A stretch of DNA of 57,260 nt, the filler included, from Bipalium vagum (taxonomy: Eukaryota), in NCBI GenBank assembly GCA_037834085.1. It is 3 parts of 3 records of this genome, joined end to end, with 100 filler letters (N's around TTAATTAATTAA, not from the genome) between each part and the next. Parts side by side here need not be neighbours in the genome. Positions count along the whole stretch, not along the records: positions 35,536 to 57,260 come from JBBMKC010233059.1; 2 more parts are not named here. One strand, given 5' to 3'. Positions 49,514-57,260 of this stretch are shown piece after piece (position 1 is the first letter of the stretch; each line of letters starts with the position of its first letter). The position numbers and the translations under genes were made by a program. The notes under the pieces are model-generated. The model did not search any database and was not told where the DNA came from. It was given only the letters and a program-made list of their open reading frames with translations.

Positions 49514-52500
49514 CTCCGTGTTTTACAACGTCCAAAGAGCTTCCGGGTATTGGAAGAGGAAGTTACGGAGAAGTGTTTAGAATCGACGACTTGAAGCAAA
49601 GTTTCGCAGTGAAGATAATTTGTAAAACAAAAGAATGGAAACCGAACGAGAAAAGAATTGAAGAAAATCTATGCCGATTTCGGAAGGTTCTCAGCCATAA
49701 GAATATTGTGGAATACATTGGAGAAGGATCGGACAAGGAAAACTGGTTTGTATACATGAAGTTTGCTGAAGGGGTACGTGGATTTATTATTATTATTTTT
49801 TATCGATTATTATTACTGTCTGACCATAAACAAATAGAGAAGGTATGTAATATTTATAAGATTTGGAATTTTTTGTGATAGATATCAAATGATGATCAAA
49901 GGTCAAAATGATACACTCTCAAAATCATTTTATTAAACGAACAAAGCTGTTCATTAAAACCATTTTTTTTAATTAAAATTATTCTTGTCCCTTTGATTCG
50001 TTCAGAAAGCTTCTTATTCTTTTATTCTCCCTCTTCTATTTGCCAATATCTCTTTCAAGATTCTTCATTTAAATGAAAGAGGGTCGAGTGTTAAGGCTTA
50101 TCATGATTTGAAGATTCTTGAAGATTCTTGATAAGACAAAAACTTTGATTCTCTCTATCAAGAATTTTCTAAGGTAAGAGTTATAATAAAAAATGTAGGA
50201 GGATGAAATATTTTATAAATGATTAGAAAATATAATTGAAAATGTCATTCAGGGCACTCTGAGTCGAAGAATTCAAGATGGACCTCTGTCTCACGAGAAG
50301 ATAATTTATTACGACAAGCAAATCCTGGAGGGTCTGCAATACATTCATTCCCACAGAATCATTCATCGGGACATCAAACGTAAAATTCTATTTAAATCTA
50401 TGCCAAATGAGTGAACACTTTTGAAGGAGGACATTCTTATATTTTATTCGATTATTTTATTTTGGAACACTAAGGATTCCAAAGGTGCTTCAGTTAAAGT
50501 ATCACTCTTGATATCTTTGGTCAGAGCGGATGCTTTTAGGTTGATAGGTAATAATGTCCACTTTTAACCTCCAACTTAAAACTCTCAGACAAATCAGGTT
50601 CAAATAGACTTTATTAAATGGGTTGAACTAGTAGTAATAATTTAAGTACTGAGTCGTTATCTTCCCCATCACTTAATGTTGGTGTTAATGACGAAAAAAA
50701 ATCAGTTCAACAATAAATCGTTATTGACAATAAAACAATGGTTAACAATAATATAAAATACTCCACAACCACCAATTCCTGTTATTTGAAATCAATTAGA
50801 TCACTATCACTCTTAACCAATGTCAAACAGTAAAATATACACAAAACAAATATAAATCAATAACAGTGAATCGATAGTGCAATAAATGAATTTAATCAAG
50901 CAATGAAATCAAAATGAAAAATAGTTTTAAATAATTAAAATATGAAAATTAAAAGTAAGTAGATAAAAAGCAAATAATCAATTGAACTAATCCTTTGATC
51001 GTCCGTTAGACGCATCTAAAGACGAACTCTGTAATGTTCTTTAAAAAATATTGAAGCAAAGAAACGTACTTAGGATCTTGTTCAAAATATAATTTTCTTC
51101 AGAATAATAATAGTGTTCCTCTTTAAAATCTTCATCGAATTGAATCGCAATAAACGTACTGATTTTGTTGGTAAATTTACCTGATTTGCCACTTTGAATA
51201 CAAGATCACCAAGAGTTCATTATCCGAGTAATGACATCTTGAATGGAAAAATTTTCATAAAAAACAATCCTAAATTTCCCTGAGTGGCAAAACCTTTCCA
51301 AATATAGCCACAACTCAAGTAATTCAATTACAATTTTACAATTTAAAAATATTTATTTATTATAAGTAGTATTTAAATATTATTATTATCCTTCCGGAGT
51401 CCACTTGTGCGTTCTTCCAAAATTCCCTTCGAAAACGCTGCTGGGCAAAACCCAAAAATGAAATAAAAAGTATTTTACATAATATTACATAACAAATAAT
51501 TAATAATCAATAAAAGTATAACATTTGTTTAAATATTACAACTTTTTAGTGAAAGATTCAAATATGGTAAAAATACAGCTATGAACGATTTATCTTTATC
51601 AATTCGAAAAAATCAAATTGATAAAAATGGCTTATCACGCCGAAACATCAATGATGCATTCGGCCAGGAACCAGTTAACCAGGGTACCGTACGTGGATAA
51701 ATTCAATATATTATTAGATCCGATCTAGTTTCTTCTAGATATTATTGATCAATTTTAATTTAAGACTTATGTTGCCCTTAAGTGATCAAAATTATTTGAT
51801 TATGAAACTATTCATCATCTAACTGATGATTATTTCTAATCTCCAAGTGTTTTTTTCCATATCGAAGAAATATATTTTACCATGTTATCACTTTATCATA
51901 TTTATGACATTTTATTCTGATACTGTTACGAGACACCACATCTTTTGACATTTTACTATTTGGTGACTCCAGAGGTAAACCATAAACCATCTCTCTTCTG
52001 TTGACGATATATAACCATGGTCCACATATTTCTCTTGTCGTCCCATATTGTATCTCAATCTCTTCCTTCGTCGCTCGTCATTCCTCCATCCTTACGAGCA
52101 TTTCAATCTTCTTCCTATTGTACCAACTACTGTTACTCCTCTCTGAGAGCATTTAATCACTTTCTAAATCTTCATTTATTCGATCACGCACATTCTATTT
52201 ATTTATTTGAACTCCACCCGGGGTCATTCAGGTGTTCTTGTCTAAATAAAATATTAAAAAAGAAAAAGCAGTTATGTTGGGGGAGATCAGAAAGGGTTTA
52301 TCCATTTCAAAGTGCCACTCTTCTCAAATTATTATAATTATTTGTTTTTCAAAAGCTATTATTTGTTTTAATTACCAAAGCGGAAAATATCTTGATCGAT
52401 GCCAAGGATACACTGAAGATATGCGACTTTGGACTGAGTCGATTTCTTAGGAGGCCTGGTTCGAGTCCCACAAGAGAAGTTGCTGGGTTGAATTCCTTCA

Positions 52501-55500
52501 ATCTTTTTGATACCTATGAATCTGAAAATGATGGGACGCCTGCATATCAGGCTCCCGAGATCGGTACTGAGGGGCTCTATTACTTTTCCTCGGATATTTG
52601 GTCATTTGGAGCAACAAAAGTAGCTATGTTGTCAGGTAGGTTCAATATCACTGATATATCAATAAATGCTTGGCTGAGATTACGACAAATCATCCCTGTG
52701 TTTTTAAATATTTTTTCTGTTTATATCAGGTTGTCCCACACGAAATGGTGGTTTTCAAAACACAACCGAACCACAAATTTTATTCACTGCTCTCAATAAA
52801 CCTCTGCCACTGAGACAATCAGTCATAAATTCCGTTTTCACAAAAATCAGAATTTCTGAATTCAAAGAATTGAAGAATGACATTTTAATTTTCACCTTTG
52901 TTACGAATGATCTCATTGGTCAGAAATATGTTCATAATTTGTACATTTCATAATCTGTTGGTGACAGTTCCGGATAAGTTAAAAGAAGTAACATGTCATA
53001 ATCCAACTCATGTAACTTTTGTGCTGTTATTCTCGAAACATGTGGTCTTGCACTATCATGGACTAAGATTGGTCCCTTTATATTTACAACAGGTCCTTCA
53101 TTTTCGTTGCCATTTCACTGAGCTGTCATGGATTCACCAGGTGTTAAAAAGTTATGTTGATCTAATCCAGCTGCAGAACATCAAAATGTGATCATAGTCT
53201 TATTGGTTTGAAGGCTTTACTTAGATACGTTTTGATATTTCTCTAAATCCAACCATTGTAATGATTTTAGTGATTGTCACGTAAGGCCTCCTCTCTCTAC
53301 AGGTTATAGTTCGAGATAAAATGGGTCAAATGGAAAACAATTTAATTCTTCTATCTTGTTTATCATTTAATTGGTGTGTTATTCATTTATCGAGTTTTTA
53401 ATTTACCATGCTTTTGAAGATGCCGAGAAATTTTTTCCTTGATAATACTGGATGCTTCATCTAGCTCTCAAACCATTTCCCACGTATCCCCTTCAGCTAT
53501 TACTTTTAAATAATCAAATTACGACAGTAGTCGGTCTTTGACGGTCATCACTTTCAACACTGACGTTCCCACCTTAAATTTCGGAATATATCTTTGTGTT
53601 GATCTTATGCTTACAGAAATCATTGTCCCATGCGAAACTTATTTTTTGTGTTGCTTCTGGTGCAATATGACAAAGCTTAATTTTATAAAAATGCAAAGTC
53701 CATTATGTTATTTAATCATGTCCCAGAAATTCCAGAAATAACGTTTAATTTTAAGCTGAACTGTTTACTTTTAGCATTATATATGAAAAAGCGAAACTGG
53801 CGCTTCAGTTTGATATATTAAAACGATAATTAATTATAAAAATTGATTGATTAACGAATCCTTAAAATAATAAAACTAAAGTTCACATTTCCAAGTGGGA
53901 CAACCAGGTAAAATATTTAAAAGTTAAAAACTCTTGAAATAAAAATTTTAAAGTGTAATTAAAATAAAAAATTATAAAAGGAAAAAGAAAATGTGTTAAA
54001 TTTAAAATATCTTCTCAATTTTTTTGACTTTTTTCAATAAAAAGTTCGAAAGGTCATTGATATTTTTAAAACTAATTAGGCGACCCTCACCTCTCCCTTG
54101 AAATTAATTAATAAAAATGGTAATATTATGAGGAGAGACTAATCAGACTAAAAATAAACTTATTTTTAAAATTTAATAAAAAAAGGAATTTCTAGATCTC
54201 AGAAAATTTTTTTAAATATTATTTTGTCTCCAACCAAAAACGTTCTATAAGGGTGACGATGTTGAAAAATACATCGCGCAGTGCTTAAGATATTAACGGT
54301 GAAAGAGATATCAGTGAAAATAAGGAAAACATTGATCTATTGTTGATCTATCTATTGAAAAAGCGCTGATTAGATGCATAAACGACCCAGAAAGTGAGAA
54401 GGAGATCGAAATGAGAAAGTTAGGAAGTATTGAAGAAATTGAATATTTAATTAGATTAATAGATTGAATCCGACAGAAACAATTGTGAGGATCGGTAGAT
54501 TCCAAAATGTATGGATACAGGAAGCAGGATATAAGATTCGACCTGTTATAGAGCAAGGCAGACCAGAATCTTGTATTACTAGACCTTTTGCAAGAAGGGC
54601 AAACGATGTCCTGAAAAATCAATGCTGGAGCTGAAAAAGTTGCTTATTATATGAAAGACAGTTACTCAACTCCAAATTTGAAGGAAAAAGTTCAGGAGAT
54701 AATTAAAACGTGTGGAGTTTGTCAGAAATATAGAATATAAAAAAATATATCCTTGGTATTATAAATAAATATAGCAAATATATTTCGTTGACCGCTATGG
54801 TAAGACAAGATGAAAACTCTGAAAAATATAATTATGAATCATTGGATACTGGAGTTCGGAAACCCAAAAACAATAAATGTAGATTATGGTAAAGTTTTTG
54901 AATCTAAAGCCATGAAGGATTTTGCAAAGAGAGTTAATGTCAATCTCTGTTTTTCGAAACCATACCATCACAACAAAAATGGAAAAATAGAAAGACAATT
55001 CAGAACCGTGTGGGATTTGTTGAACGCAACTTTAAGCGAAAGAGGGACAAACGACTGGGCCGAGATTCCACCGGACGTAGAATTTGCTGTCAATTCTACG
55101 CTACAGAAAACAATCGGAATAAGTCCGGCTGAAATGATGTTTGGTAGAAAGATCTACAAAGATAGAATATATAAGGCAGTTGAGAAACAGATTTCAAAAA
55201 TAAAAGATAATACATTTGCTGTAGGAGAAAAAGTGCTAGTGAAAGCCGACGCTCGAGGAAAACAAAATGAAAGATATTAAGGACTATATGAGATCATTCT
55301 AAAAGTCAAATTTGTAACGTATTACCAAAGGCAAATGAAAAACAAATTTATAGGAATGTCGAGAAAATTAAAAATATTTTGAGAACTGGGTTATGAGAAG
55401 GTTATTCAGACCTGGAGAATTTTTAATTATTTATTTTAATTATTATAAAACTGTAACCATTATAACCTAACAAGTAACCTTCGCTCGTCTATCGACAGCT

Positions 55501-56095
55501 CCTCACTTTAATGTGTTGTGTTCGTTTTTTCGAATTTTAAACCAAAATGAATCAAAACACCAACTGTAATACTTTATCCGCATCCTAAAAGCTGAATCAA
55601 AACACTCACAATAAAACTTTATTCACTCTATCACAACAATTAAAAATTAAAATCAATTCATAAATCAAATCAAAATCGTAAATCTATCAATGTCTGAAAT
55701 AAAATAAAATCAAGTCCAATCGCAATGTTAATAATAAAGAAAACTATAATCAAATCAATAATCAATAATAATAATTAAGTAACGAAAATGGAAACAAAAT
55801 AAGGCTTTTTAAAGATAAAAATTTTTTGTTGTTATTATTATTATTAATAATATCAACATTAATTAATACTGTTATTATTCTTTTTTGTATTTTAGGAAAG
55901 CCCCCTTTCGATTCAGAATCCGATCCCACCATCAAGATAGAGAATGAGCAGACAATCCACTTTGTCCCTCTGGAGCCGATTTCAAAGGAAATGAAATATG
56001 TTTTGGTTCGAGCTCTTCATCCTAACCCAAGACTTCGACCCACAGCCCATGTGCTTCTTCAAAGCAGACTTTTTTCAAGTGTTTCTCAAAACTAG
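49514..56095 (+). CDS. Ser/Thr protein kinase, MAP3K/STE11-like; exons 49514-49773, 50253-50379, 52381-52635, 55896-56095
   Basis: Spliced in frame: IGRGSYGEV, FAVK, HKNIVEY, KQILEGLQYIH, IIHRDIKPENIL, KICDFG, GTPAYQAPE, SDIWSFG, GKPPF, RPTAHVLL; all junction phases agree. Confidence 0.93.
54560..55400 (+). mobile_element. Ty3/Gypsy integrase remnant inside the last kinase intron
   Basis: VQEIIKTCGVCQK zinc finger; PKTINVDYGKVF; SKPYHHNKNGKIERQFRT; GISPAEMMFGR; FAVGEKVLVK..Y*GLYEI (GPY/F module). Confidence 0.9.
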
Positions 56096-57260
56096 ATTTC
56101 CCTCGACGAAAACTATATTTTTATAATAAACGAGTTATCAAAAACTGGTAGTAAAACATACGACTGAGAAAAGTGGTGAACAACGAATGATTTGGATTAA
56201 GAGCTTTGAGGCGACAGCCATCGTAATATATTTCATCTGATATTTCCATCTTGAAAACAATTGGCTTGGACCTGATTGTAACCATGGATTATCTTTAATT
56301 CAGAATTGTACTTTTAACTCAACATTTAATATTAATAGAAATAAATCTAAAGCACCGACGTTGGCACTGGTAGCGGTAAACCATAAAAAAAATGTTATAA
56401 TGGGTAATAACTTTATCTAAAATGACATAAATTGTAGGTCGGAAACTTTATTTCTGCCATCACCATATTTACACAATAAATGTCAGTAATGCTCTCAACG
56501 CTCACAGCACAAATTTCCAATTTAGTATCAACTCTCGTCCATATCAACATTATATATATATGATCAATTACTTTCTACCCGTGACTCCATAATACTCTTT
56601 AAAAATATTTTCCTCCAGGTTCACTGGACACAAAAAAAATATCAATACTGTACTCAAAATGATCAATATTTATAATGTCAATAATAATAATCGATAAATA
56701 AAAAACTCACAATAATTAAAATCGATAAAGTCGAAGCAGTAAAACAGAAAAATCTCACCGATTCATATATCTGATCTGGTTCGTGGATTGACAAAAATCC
56801 CTTAACGGACTCGTCGACAAAACGCCTTCTTTATTGGAAATACTTTTCCCACAAAAATATCAAAACATTTTTTCTGAAATTTTTTAGAAACAAAATTGTT
56901 GATTTTTTAAAAATTTTTATAGTTGACCTTGTTTCAAAAAAAAAGTTTTTTTAGTTTTGAAAAAACTGGATTTTTCGTTTTTGAAAAATTTTAATTATAT
57001 ATTTCGATAATTTTTTAAAGAAGACATTTGGAACGTTTCTTCTTTTTTGTCATGTGTCGCGGCTTAAATAATTTTGTTTATTCCCACACAAAATTGAATT
57101 TATCTGACTTTATTTTAGATTTACTCCTTTGAACTATAATAACATATTGTCCAGTAAATTGTAAATTGTATTGTCCAGTAAATTACGATTGATAAATCGT
57201 CAGACCAGAATAGTATATAAACAGATGGAATCCGCAGTGGATTGCCACAGAATTGAGATC

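Noticed and set aside
50480-53760. Further retroelement-like debris in the kinase introns
   Set aside because: Composition suggests decayed minus-strand coding DNA, but no diagnostic motif or boundary could be supported.

Overview
AT-rich eukaryotic genomic DNA, probably from an animal (inferred from its many Tc1/mariner subfamilies). It has 40-54 nt mini-introns alongside kb-sized, TE-filled introns, and two 100-nt assembly gaps. The main feature is at 43.2-56.1 kb: an array of 28 intact ankyrin-repeat exons, one 33-aa repeat per 99-nt phase-0 exon (one exon is 96 nt). The ORF track cannot show this. Amino-acid variation concentrates at the target-binding positions randomised in DARPins. The array has mosaic block duplications, mostly weak GTT splice donors and decayed exons on both flanks. 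A spliced MAP3K/STE11-like kinase follows on the same strand, making this a candidate diversifying ankyrin-kinase recognition system. Other items: a degenerate gag-protease retroelement with a REX4/ISG20-like exonuclease and no RT; a tRNA-Ala-like sequence inside a short LTR next to a primer-binding site (Helenus-like TRIM); a coiled-coil gene made of phase-0 repeat exons; a full-length DD35D mariner; and many mariner/Tc1, Gypsy and Penelope relics. All exon models were read by eye from GT-AG signals and frame continuity, with no transcript support.
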